Shown here one piece after another: positions 14,213-25,924 of a stretch of 64,000 nt of DNA (the stretch's first letter is position 1; every line of letters begins with the position of its first letter). The DNA lies in the NCBI RefSeq assembly GCF_009834535.1, contig NC_045697.1:94614001-94678000 (forward strand), written 5' to 3'. The translations under genes and the position numbers were made by a program. Source of the stretch: Camelus ferus (Eukaryota). The notes below the pieces were generated by a model. It did not search any database. It worked only from the letters and a program-made list of their open reading frames with translations, and was not told where the DNA came from.

Positions 14213-14449
14213 AGCAGAAGGAAGTTTTGATGCAAGTTTCAGAGGTACTAAAAAGGACTCATAAATCAAAAAAAAAATCTCTACATTAAAAAATCTATTG
14301 ATTTCAATATAATCATGATTAATGATGATATACTAATCATAATGCATAATAAAAAGGGCTCTGATTAATATAATAGCAAGGAAATATGCATTACATATTA
14401 AAAAATGTATAAAGCTAGATCATCAAGTACAAATAAAATAAAGGTTGAC

Positions 14450-14890
14450 TAATAATCCTAATAATCTGTGCAAACCTTATTAATCTGGTCCCTGACTATT
14501 TCTCCAGGCTCATTTCTCAAACTCTGTTAGGTTTGAATTCTTTCAATTCTGATGAACTGAAGATTAAGACATGGCACTTCTGAATGTTTAGGTATACTAT
14601 CAACTCTCTTGTGAAAACTATCCCTAAACATCTCAAGATAATCTCATCTTTTTCCATTTATATCCTATTTATTTCAGTTCTCAGATTAAATATCATGTTT
14701 TAAAACTTAGATTCCTTTTAATAAATTTTTATTGTGTTTGTAGCAGTTTAGCTTTTTGATGTTTGCCTTCCTAATGTAAAATTCACTCCAAGAAGGGGTA
14801 ATATGCCTATTTGTTCACCATTATAGGACCAGTTCCTAGCCCAAGAACTAAATATTGTAATTCATGGGTGAGTGTACATTGAATTCAATC
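14450..14890 (+). mobile_element. L2 3' fragment
   Basis: Ends with ttgttcaccattataggaccagttcctagc...taaatattgtaattcatg, L2-like. Confidence 0.55.
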
Positions 14891-15640
14891 ATGTTAACAT
14901 AAATAAGAGCAAAAAACCAAATTATTTTCAGCAAAATGAATCTGAGGAGTATGTTTCTTTTATTCATTTCCTTAAGGAAAATGACTAAATTCTCATTTAA
15001 TTATATGCACCAAAACTAAGATAAATGTATATTTTAAAACATCCTTTGTATAAGTAAAAGTTTTGAGTTAGAATGTCTCTCTCTTTTTAAATTTCAAGTG
15101 GTTAAGAATAAACATTTAACGTAGTAATAAATTCTTGAATTTTACTACCTGATGAAAACTGTGAAATTGAAGTCTTATAAAGGATGAGAGGACATTTTTC
15201 CTAATTTATTTATCATTCTAACAATAATTTTCCATCTGCACCTGAAGTAAAACTAAAGGAGGGCACAATATTTCAGAACAAATTAGGAGAGAAGATATTT
15301 TAATCATCATTATATACAATTAAAAGTAATAAATTCTGTCCTTCATTTTACTTCAATTTTAATAGTTGATAATGCCAGTGGCAATTTGTTTTAAAGATTA
15401 AAGTTTGTATTTTTCCTTTCAATGTAGAAACAAAACAAGTCTTTTTTTGTGTTAGTCATCTTGGCATTTGACTTTATTCTTGGCAGTCAATATTAGTTGA
15501 CTATAAAAGAAAGAATGAATTAATGAGTGAAACTAACACAGGAATAATGGAAACGTTTACTGTGTGTATTTAAAAAAAAAACATTTTGGCACTTTCTTCC
15601 ATACTTCCCTGCTACCTGGTATTTCTCAAAATAAGGAAAT

Positions 15641-16156
15641 GTGATAGCTAATATACAAAGCCAGTCCAATAAACCCAAACCCGTCAGTATTCACATCCTC
15701 CTGTGGTCCCTCCCTTTGAATCAGGGCCAACCCTATGTTGTGGGTTGACTTATGTCTTCCTCCAAATTCCTATGTTGATGTTCTAACCTCCAGTATCTCA
15801 GAATATGTCTTTTTTTGGAGATGAAATATTTCCAGAGGTAATTAAGTTAAAATGTGGTCATCAGGGTGGGTTCTAATCCTGTATGACTAGTGTCCTCTTA
15901 AAAAAGGGGAAATTTGGACAAAGGCAGACACAGGGAGAATGTCATGTGAAGAGAAAAGCTGAGCTCTACAAGCAACGTGACTCTGAAGATTGCCAAGAAC
16001 CGACAGGGGTACAGAACAGGCTCTTCCTCGCAGCCTTCCAGAGGAAGCAACACAGCCAAGCTCAGTCAGCTCACAGAGCCATGAGGTCTTATAATAAATT
16101 GTTTTAAGTCACAAAGTTTTGGAGGGGTTTGTTATGTAGCAACAGGCTAGTGGGAC
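15641..16156 (+). mobile_element. Composite MaLR LTR: MLT1B/C-like segment (about 15736-16050) within an older MLT1F/H-like LTR
   Basis: Inner part has ccaaattcctatgttgatgttctaacctccagta...aattaagttaaaatg..gtcatcagggtggg. Outer parts have gtattcacatcctcctgtggtccctccc and tgttttaagtcacaaagttttggagg..tgttatgtagcaa. Confidence 0.75.
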
Positions 16157-16185
16157 ACTAGAGTTCTTTAGTTATTTTAGGGTTT

Positions 16186-16345
16186 TGGTGGTTCTCAAAG
16201 TGTTCTCACCAGACCAGCATCATGAGTAACACCAGGAAGTTTTTAATAATGTAAATTCTCAGGCCTGAATCAAAAACTCCAGGGCTAAGTCTCCATAGTT
16301 TATGTTTGAATAGACTGTAGGTGGTTCTGATGCAAGCTCCAGTTT
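16186..16345. mobile_element. MER5A-like hAT-Charlie DNA transposon
   Basis: gtggttctcaaagtg...gaccagca...aaattctcaggcc...ggtggttctgatgca. Confidence 0.8.
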
Positions 16346-16379
16346 CTCATTGAATCTTCTACACTTTTAGTTTTACAGA

Positions 16380-16830
16380 GACTAAATGCAGGCAAAAATA
16401 TAGACCTTAACATAGCCTAGAAGGGCTTGTCTCATCTGCCCAGTACCTACCTGCCTTTCAACCTCCCTCATGCTAAATCTCACCTTGAGCCAAATGCTCC
16501 AGCCATGTTTCCTACACGTTCTGCTCTCGACAAGTCCAGGCAAATGCCACTGCCTCTTCCTTCCTGGATTTCTTTTCTGTTTTCTCTTCAGCTCTTCCTA
16601 TTAACCTTTCTATCTCACCTAAACTTTACTTCCTCATGGGAGCTTATGCTGTGTTCCTTGACTAGGCCAACTTCCCTGTCAATAGGTCTTTAGTGTACTA
16701 TGTGCTATGCACCTGTTTTGTAGATGACATGTCACAGCTGAACCTCTACATATGTTTGTGTAATCGTTCAGTATTACGCCTCTTCCTACAATAGACTGCA
16801 AATTCCATTAGAGTAGGAACAATATTAGTG
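16380..16830 (+). mobile_element. L2 fragment
   Basis: Pyrimidine-rich body and tagactgcaaattccattagagtagg motif. Confidence 0.55.
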
Positions 16831-19800
16831 AAAGAGTGAGCAAGATAAAGATTAGCCAACTGAGTTTTCAATAGAGTAGTAATAATATTTATGTAAACTC
16901 TTGTTAGCACTCTTTGTACAGGCATATATATTTAGCTAATTAGCTCATTTAATACAGCTTTGTAAATGATAGTGATAAGAACAGTCCTCAAGTTCTAGCT
17001 TAAAGCAAAATTTTATTTTGTCTCTATTTCATGCTTATCACATCTTTCTTCCAAAAGCAATGAGACATGTTCAAACATGGAATGTATTTTGAACCTTAAA
17101 GCAGAAAGTTTTCTAATTACCAAGTTACAATATTTTATAAGAAGGATGGTTTAAAAATATTTGAAGAGGATTTTTATGGAGTAATAACTGTGTTCACATG
17201 CTTTAGATACAAAACTTAGAATTATATTCAGATATAATAATTAAATAGCACATATTTGAGCAACAGTTCCTTTTGAGGGTTGTTTTCAACATTTTCAACA
17301 ATTGGTGTGCTACAGACAAGAAATCAGAGTGGACACTTGCCATCATGCCCCAGCAAGTCCAAGAGGAGCCTGCTATACCAGGTATGAATTTTTTCTTCCC
17401 AGATTACAGCTTCAAGGTGGTCTGGGGGGATTCTGGCGAGGGGCAAAGTGACCTGCTAGAGTGGGGTCTTGAGAAGGATGAGCTCAGAAAAGGGACAATA
17501 TTTGTTTGTACTGGCTAATCATAGCCCTTCAGCCTGGTTCTGTGAACTTCAGGAGGGAGTTAAGATGAGTAGGATGCATCTCTTGCCATGAAAAAGGTAA
17601 ATTCTTCAGCCACACATAACTCCTTAGAAGGTGGGAGGATGTAGACCCTAGTTGGGCAGAAGTTTTCTCAGAAAAAAGTAGAGCTGGTCTGTGGGGATAG
17701 AACAGTAATCCTGGCCCCTCTAAATTTGGTCTACAATACAGGAGATCCTCAACAAACATCTGTTGAACAAATACATGATATTTCTAAGAAATATACTTGA
17801 ACTTCTGACATGTGGGGAGAAATTTTCCTTGTAAGAAACACATAGTTACTCAAAAACTAATTTTTATTTATATAAATACAGGCATTTTTGAAGAAAGTTT
17901 TAAAAATATAAATCTGCTTCTCTCTAATCACATGCTTTTTCTTATTATTCTGCACTTTAGTTTATTTAAATCCATTTAATCTCTATTGCTGGTGTGGACA
18001 AATATAAGACGACACCGTCCACCTCATAATCAAATGTGCAGAAAAAAGAATGAAGTGGAGAAAAGAAGTTAACATTTTCACACAAAGCAGCCCTGTTTGA
18101 TACTATAGCTAAGGCACAATTCCTTCTGATGGGCCACTCTGGTTACTGTTTTGATAGTTTAAAAAGACTCAACCAAATTTGTGTGTTCTGCTTAAAATTA
18201 AACAGGCTTAGTTTATGCAGAAGATACATTTCTTTATCTGTACTTACCAAGACAGCTAAGCTTTACGAATTCCACCAATGAAAGCAGAGTGTTTGGTGTG
18301 AACTGTGATGGGAGAACCAAGTCTTCCTCCTTGAGGTTCTGAGGGTATGAAGAAACTCAGGAAGAAGAATCTGATTTAGAAATTCACTTCACCAATTATT
18401 TTTTCTTGTTTTCTACAATCACATATTCACTATCATTTATTTGTTTGCAAAATATTGCATTGCAACTTGTTCTAAAATATCCAAAGTTAACTTAAAATTA
18501 TGGACATACTACAGCAAAGAAAAATGTAATTAGAAATAAGCAAAGGAAAAAAGTTTAGGAAAAGAAGATGAAGTCTGGAATGTTTGATACATAAGTTACA
18601 TAATACAAGGTGAACTGTACTTAATAACCATGGGTGACAAAGTGAATAAAGAACTACCTAACGCTGAACGTGGTGAGGAAAATCCAACTGCAAGAATAAA
18701 AATTTCCATAATTTTCCTGGAAAATACTAACTCGTCCTGATATTTGGATCAAGGTAATTTTATTTTTATCATAAGATTCTATGCTATGAAATGTTACGCC
18801 TTGCCTGCTACTAACTGTGAACATTTTCCTGAATAACTAAATAAATAAACCAACAATAACTGCTTAGAATGAAATAAATTTCATTAATTTCTAATTAAAT
18901 ATTTCATATTTCAAATGGATGTGTAAATCTTCAAAATTTAGTAAACATATTTTGTAGTGATACTTGATTATTCAACTGAAATGGATTTATTTACTTTCAT
19001 AAAATTATAATTGTAAAAGTCTTGTATTGGTTTAAGTTCATGTTACAAAATTTGTGTGCTTTATGTTTCAAGTTCTATAATAATCTGTGGTATATGATGT
19101 TCCAGGGAGAAGAACACAGTGCAATGTTTAATCAGACTTGCCCTCAGTTATTGGCCTCAATAAACTAGAAATATTTCTAATTTCCCAGGATGCTATTATG
19201 AGAGTTATAACAAACATAAATATATTGAGGAATAGTCCTCAGTCCTTAGTCACTTTCTGGATATGGTACTTCAGGGACGAAGGCTCAGTTACTAACTAGA
19301 GTTCATTATTATGCTGCTATGCTATGGTTGAAATAGTCAGAGATGTCTGCATAGTACACACCATGTTCTTACTGTACTTTCATTCACTGCTTGATTTTAT
19401 TTTTCTTCCTCTAATATATTTCCCAGTTGTTTGCTGACTTGTTTTACTCATTTCCTAAAAGTGGTTTTACTTAAATTATACTGCTCCCTTAACACCATAA
19501 TATTATAATTATCTTTGTTAACTCAGTCTCTCAGTCAGCTTGCTTGCTTGCGTGAAGGTTGGCTACTAAAAACCCATTTAGTGGTGGTGAGTTAGAACTG
19601 TATCTCTGAGCAACCGCTTATTTCACAGAATATAAGTTCTTTGGCTTTATTCAGGATGAAGAAAATCATATAAAACAAGAAGAACTTTGTCAATGTAGTG
19701 TTTTGTCTTTTGTCATTATTTCTTTTAGTTTTTACACATTTAGTCTTCAAACTGATAAACCTATGGTTTTATCCTATTTACTTTGGCTAATTTCTTAAAG

Positions 19801-20699
19801 TTGGATTTAAGTTCCTCAAGAAATGGTCTCTTCTATATTTATTTATTCACTCAAGAAGACTTATTGACTGCAAGTCACCTGTTGAAACTATGTTAAGTGC
19901 GTTGATAATTATGAATAGGCTGTGAATTGAAACTAAAAGTGGTTTCAAGGTACTTTAAACAGTAGATAAATAAGGAAATTTAGGAAATGGTGTAATTTTA
20001 TATCTTTACATTTTTGAAGAGTCTAATACTGGAAATACTTTTAAATTTCTTACTAACTGTTCTTTTTTAAAATAAAATTTCAATTTTTTTTTAACTGCAT
20101 ACATTCAAATGAAGTGTACTCATAGTCTATCAATAATCCCAACAGAGTAAGGATGAAGACTTCTGTAGCTGGAGTGACCACTGAATTTACTGTCTAAATC
20201 AGCACAATTTGAGAGTGAAAGAACACCATTAATAATTTTGCTGAAACAAGTTTGAATTGGGCTGTTGAAGGCAAACCTGTGTTTGTAATTCCTATAAGTA
20301 TTTTCAGAGCCGGAATAGGGATTTTTAATTGGTTTTGTCTGATTGCAACCAACATACAGTACATTCTGCCAACCAAACAGATACTTTAAAAATAAACAAC
20401 AGTGTTGATGAAATTATGTAGCTATTCATTTTGAGTAAGTCGAGTGAAAGATAGACACAGAATAAAAGCCATTTTAGAGAGTTAAGAAGGAATGCAGTCA
20501 CATCTTTTCCTGGAGGAGTCTAGGTACCACAGCCCACTCCCTGTTTTTGCTGTCATTAAAATGGAAAGCTTGGACTTCCATGACTCATTGATTTCTTCAA
20601 TTATTAGTCAATTAACCATCAGCAAATAATGGTTGTCCTTGTGCATTTGGGCATCTCTGGATCCTAGAACTGTAAAATGTTCAAAATTCTTAGTATCCG

Positions 20700-21082
20700 T
20701 TCAATGAAAAAATTTTTGTTTTCCTCCTCACCAAAGATGAAATGGCTTCCTTCCAGCTCTCATCTCCAAGGGAAAATGCTTCCTACATCTCCTCTCCTAC
20801 ACCCCATCCCACATCACAGCACAAGCTCCATTTTATTTTCCAAAGTCATGTTGTATTTTCTCCTTGGTACTAACCACTAGATGAATCAATATTATTGATT
20901 TATTTAAATGTTTGTTTATAGACTGTTTTGTTTCTCTAAAATATAAGTTATTTGAGGTTTGATCTGTCAATACTTTATCCCTAATGACTAGGAGAATGCT
21001 TGATCTGTCACTACTTTATCCCTAATGACTAGGAGAATGCTTGGAATAATAGGTGATCAATACATATTTGTAGGATTAATAA
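20700..21082 (+). mobile_element. L2 3' fragment carrying a 41-bp tandem duplication
   Basis: Ends ...aataggtgatcaatacatatttgtaggattaat; duplication at 20959-21043. Confidence 0.6.
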
Positions 21083-21379
21083 AATATTTGTTTCCAAAAT
21101 GAAACAGTATTGAAAAGTTCACCAAGTCAGCTAGTTTTGGAAAATTTTATCAAACAATGATGTTGATTAGAACATAGGTGGCAAGCATGAATCACAGTTA
21201 TTTCAGCAGTCAAATGTTTTATAGCTGGAAGATATTGGAACATTAAAACTGGCCAGTAATGTAATTTTTGTAAAGAAAAAATGAAATGAAAAAGACACAT
21301 CTGTTAGGTAATTTTAATGATTTAACTATTTTAATAAAGCACACTATTGCTGTTTGTGAAAATCTGAAAATAGTGTAGG

Positions 21380-21562
21380 TATATGCATATATATATACAC
21401 ATATATATATATACACATATATATATATACATAATATATGATCCTGATTTCTGAATGAGAACAAAGGATTTTGAATGCAAATCTGAATTTATGTAAGTGA
21501 CAAATAACAGTATTAGGATTAAGGTTTATTGACAGATATACCATTCCACATATGCTGGGTAA

Positions 21563-21607
<45 letters not shown>

Positions 21608-21640
21608 CATACATATGTATGTATATATATATGTATACTT
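21380..21640. repeat. Two TA/CA/TG microsatellite blocks (about 21380-21440 and 21565-21638)
   Basis: Directly visible; they account for the overlapping IYIY/HTHT ORFs. Confidence 0.93.
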
Positions 21641-22102
21641 CTGAGATATACACTGATAATATCCTTTATAAATATTGAGATAGAGGTCATCACCACTAAT
21701 TTTAGAAACACTGCATGTCTTTCTTCCAGTCATGCATGTCACACATTAAATATGAAATACAACTAAATTCTAGAAACTCAGAGTAAAAGAAAATGGAGAT
21801 GTATAATGCTTACTAAGGTGAACACTGAATGCTGGCAGGCATTCTCAACATACATTGATACTGTGCATTTATGCCTCAATATTAGACTTATAAAATGTAT
21901 GTTTAATAGCACATCACCTGTTTTCTTTGCATGCCTTATTATTTGCACAGCATTGTAATTCTCACATAATATCATATCATTTCTTATATTATTTTGACAG
22001 AAAGAACTAAAGCGATGAGATGATTCCTCACACAAGCCATCATGAGGAAAGCAATGTATCCCATATCCTTCAAATCAAATATTTGCCTTCCTATCTCTAA
22101 TA

Positions 22103-22870
22103 TCACTAATTATTAGAGATATGCAAATCAAAACTACAATGAGGTTTGATCTCAAACCAGTCAGAGTCTATGAGTAATATGGAGAGGTGTGGAGAAAAAA
22201 GAACCCTCCTACACTGTTGATAGGAATGTAAATTGGTGTAGTCACTATGGAGAACAATATGGAGGTTCCTTAAAAAACTAAAAATAGAATTAACATATGA
22301 TCCAGCAAGCCTACTCCTGGGCATATATTTGGACAAAAGTCGAATTAGAAAAGATATCTATATATATCTAGATTATATATATAGATATATATATATATGT
22401 ATTTATATAAACACACACACACAATGGAACACTACTCAGCTGTTAAAAAACAAATTTTGCCATTTGCAGTAACATGAATGGACTTGGAGGGCATTATGCT
22501 AAGTGAAGTCAGACAGAGAAAGACAAATACTATATGGTATCACTTAGTATATGGAATCTAAAAAATATAACAAACTGGTGAATATAACAAAAAAGAAACA
22601 GATGCACAGATATAGAGAATAAACTAGTGGTTACCAGTGGGGGGAGGACAGAGGCGAGGGGCCATATAGGCCTAGAGGAGTAAGAGGTACAAACTATTAT
22701 GTATAAAATAAGCCATAAGAATATACTGTACAATACAGGGAATATAGCAACTATTTCATAATAAATATAAATGGATTATAGCCTTTAAAAATTGTGAATC
22801 ACTATACTGTACACATGTAACATATAATATTGTATATCAACTATATTTTAATAAAAAATTAATAAAATTT
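22103..22870 (+). mobile_element. L1 3' fragment with internal deletions and a microsatellite
   Basis: atgcaaatcaaaactacaatgag...ggacttggagggcattatgctaagtgaagtcagacagagaaagacaaatac...atcaactatattttaataaaaaa. Confidence 0.92.
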
Positions 22871-22922
22871 TTTTTAAAAGCTGAATCAACATTAAGAAAA
22901 GTGTAAAGGAGTAGCACATAAA

Positions 22923-22997
22923 GGGGTGAGGGTATATATAGCTCAAGTGGTAGAGTGCATGCCTAGCATACACAAGGTCCTGGGTTCAATCCCCAGT
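22923..22997 (+). mobile_element. tRNA-derived SINE head (camelid vic-1-like), no tail
   Basis: Pol III A box tagctcaagtgg (22939-22950) and B box ggttcaatccc (22983-22993); homologous to the copy at 36497-36620. Confidence 0.85.
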
Positions 22998-25582
22998 CAT
23001 GACAACCTGGGATGGAATTATAAGCAGAGTCTTGGCTGAGGAACATGTCTTCCTTCCTTCCACCATCATTGGCTGTTTAGAATCAAAGTCAGGCAAAAGT
23101 AAGGCCAGCCATCCTCTTGAGAGAGACAGAGGGGACTGCTAAGTGAGGATTAGATTATGATTGAAATTTGAGTTTCTTTCATATTGTAATGGTAGCTCAG
23201 GAAAAGAAAACAAAGGTCAGTGCTCAGTACTGGAGTTCTGGGTTCAAGGTAAGCATCTTCCCCACAGAGTTGTGTTTTGGGTAATATCAGATCCCCGCCC
23301 ATATCCCAAGCCTACTGTCCCCAGCACTGAACAAAAAACACAGAGTGCAAATAACACAGAAAGAGATGATAGAAAAGTCAGAGTTCCAGGTTACCATGGG
23401 GCCCAGCTCTGTTCACATATGGAATGAAATTCCTGTCGCTAGAGGCACTTCTCTGAATTGAAGTGAAATAATTATCTCCAGAAAATTACTATTAAAATAT
23501 ACAAAAGGTTCAGCCCTCATTAAGACACTGTCACAGTTTACTTTAACAAATTAAAAAAAAATGCTCTCAGAGTTCTTCAAATAAAAGGAAATACATTGTC
23601 AGTTTTCTTCAGGAAATTGAAAATATCCCAAGCATGGTGCTGGGTGGAAAAGGAAGGTCTACAAAGGACTCCACAGTGAAGTGTGACCGCCTGAGGGTTG
23701 TGACTGAAGTCTGAGGAACCAGAGTGCCTAAGGTAGGCAGACTGCAGTGAGTCTAAAAGCAATTCTGACTTGCTTCCCTACAGTTTCACCTAGGGTTGTT
23801 TCTGATATGGCCATGTTTATGATGTGCCGGGACATGTAAAATGTCTCCTTCTGTATTTTAAGGGAGTTGAGGAAAGAGATTAGATCTGCAGACTTTAGTA
23901 TGCTGCGAAAGTGCAGCATTAATTTTGAAATTTTCTGACAGCATAGATGGTTTATTAAAATTAGCTTTTAGGAAACATTATAAAGTATGTTTTTTTCTAA
24001 AAGTTTCATTTTATTAAAAAAGCAGGAACTATGACTCTATTTAGGTCTTCCTGAAGCCAAGGGGTAATATAAATGATCTTTCAAAACACTTTCTCTCTCT
24101 AAAATGATTTTATAAGATTTTGTAAACATGAAGAAATACTATATATTTTAACTTTTAACATATATATATGGATATATATCAATGTAAAATAAACTAAGGA
24201 ATATATGCTTAAAAGACTTCTTTGCAATTACCTAAATCTGAAATTAAAGTTTAAGAATAACCCTAACATTACTTTGGACCAATAGAATTATAATCATTAT
24301 AAAAATACACCCCAGTTGAAATTTTGCTTCAATATGTAATGCTGTAATATATCCAGACTATTTGAAGGTGCTTAAGAGAGATGTGGTTCCATGAGAGATG
24401 AATTCATATTTTTCACTTCAACCTACCTGAGCTGGAGAATCTCTGGTAATTAGAGCAATTACTGAGCTTGTGCCTTAGAGGTCATTCTTCATGGGTGACA
24501 GTGGAAGAAACATTACAATATATCTCATTTAGGTAATTACTCGGTGTTAATTATACAACACTATTAAAAATACAATCTGTATACATGGGGTACTTTAGTT
24601 TTTTATTTACTTCCTGCTTTTTCTGTCTCTTGCTTATGGATAGACTAGTCATGCTGGGGCTATGGCTAAAATCACATTCCCCTTTTTCATTTTCTTTTGA
24701 TCTTGAATCATTTATATTATGATTAAATGAAAAACAATATGCATCGATGTTATCATCACAACCCTTTAATTCTGTGATATTCCATCTGAATTATTTACTG
24801 CTGGGATAAGAATATTAACTATTGTACTATGGCAGGAGAGTGTGCATCAAGAAGAAGAGGATATACTTGCTATTCCTCTCAAATTCCTATGTTTTAAAGC
24901 TTTTCCTGATTCTATTTCTCCCCTGTGTGTGAATAATTATGTAAAAATATGGTCAAATTTTAGATTCAAGTACAACATACAGCATTTAGAGCTTCTTGGT
25001 GATAATCCCATTATCAAATGTTTCAACTGCAATAGAAAGGATTTAAGTCACAATCCAAGTCTACATGAAGAAACTATAACCAAGTAGCCGCTAGCATCTG
25101 GTCCTAAGCTCTCCAATTACCCATTTGATAAGACGTTAATTAATGCTTTCAGATAGAAACAGAAAATAAGCATCAACCTTACACTGATCCAAAGCCATTA
25201 TTTTGAGGAAATGACAATGAGAGATTCTATAAATTATTTGAAAAAGTCACACCATTCACAGTAATTTAGTGAACAAAAAAATAAATAAGTTTCTCTTTTT
25301 TTAGGTCAAATAGATGTGATCATGTTGCAAGAAAACAAACGTTATTTTTTCTTATAAAGTATACAATCAAGAAGAAGTCTGGCTATGAGCAAACAAAATA
25401 ATTGATATTTCCCCTTTTATTATTTGTGCTGAATTATCTCCTTACTGTGCCAAAACATACTGATACAGTAAGGAATTCAGCAGTGATTCTACAGACAGCT
25501 TTGTCAATTTCATCACCTGAACACCTACAGCAATTCAACTGGCAATTCAACATGTACCTGTTGAAAATAGCTACAGTGGAGC

Positions 25583-25924
25583 TGTCTTATTTCATTCCAG
25601 CTGCAGTAACAAAAATACCATAAACTTAAACAACAAGGTCTGGAGTCTGGGAAGTCCAGGATCAAGGTATGGGCAGATCTGGTGTCTAGTGGAGGACTAC
25701 TTCCTGCTTCATAGATGGCCATCTTCTCCCTGAGTCCTCATTTGGCAGAAAGGGGTGAGAGAACTCTCTGCAGTCTCTTTCAAAGCGGTACTAACCCCAT
25801 TCATGAGGGCTTTACCCTTAAGGCTTAATTACCTCCTAAAGGCTCCACCTCCTAATACTATCACATTAGGGGCCAGGTTTCAACATATGACTTTGGGGGG
25901 AAGACAAAGATTCAGTCTATAGCA
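25583..25924 (-). mobile_element. MaLR solo LTR (MLT1A-like) with 5-bp TSD
   Basis: TG...CA ends; flanks ggagc (25578-25582) and gaagc (25925-25929); similar to 7064-7410. Confidence 0.9.

Noticed and set aside
20959..21043. Direct repeats of CRISPR-like length
   Set aside because: Only two adjacent copies, no spacers, eukaryotic context.
21243..21766. Longest ORF (132 aa) and three overlapping ORFs
   Set aside because: Kept open by TA/CA microsatellites; low-complexity IYIY/HTHT peptides.
22923..22997. Possible tRNA gene
   Set aside because: No proper acceptor stem or T-run terminator, and a homologous tailed copy exists at 36.5 kb, so it is a SINE.
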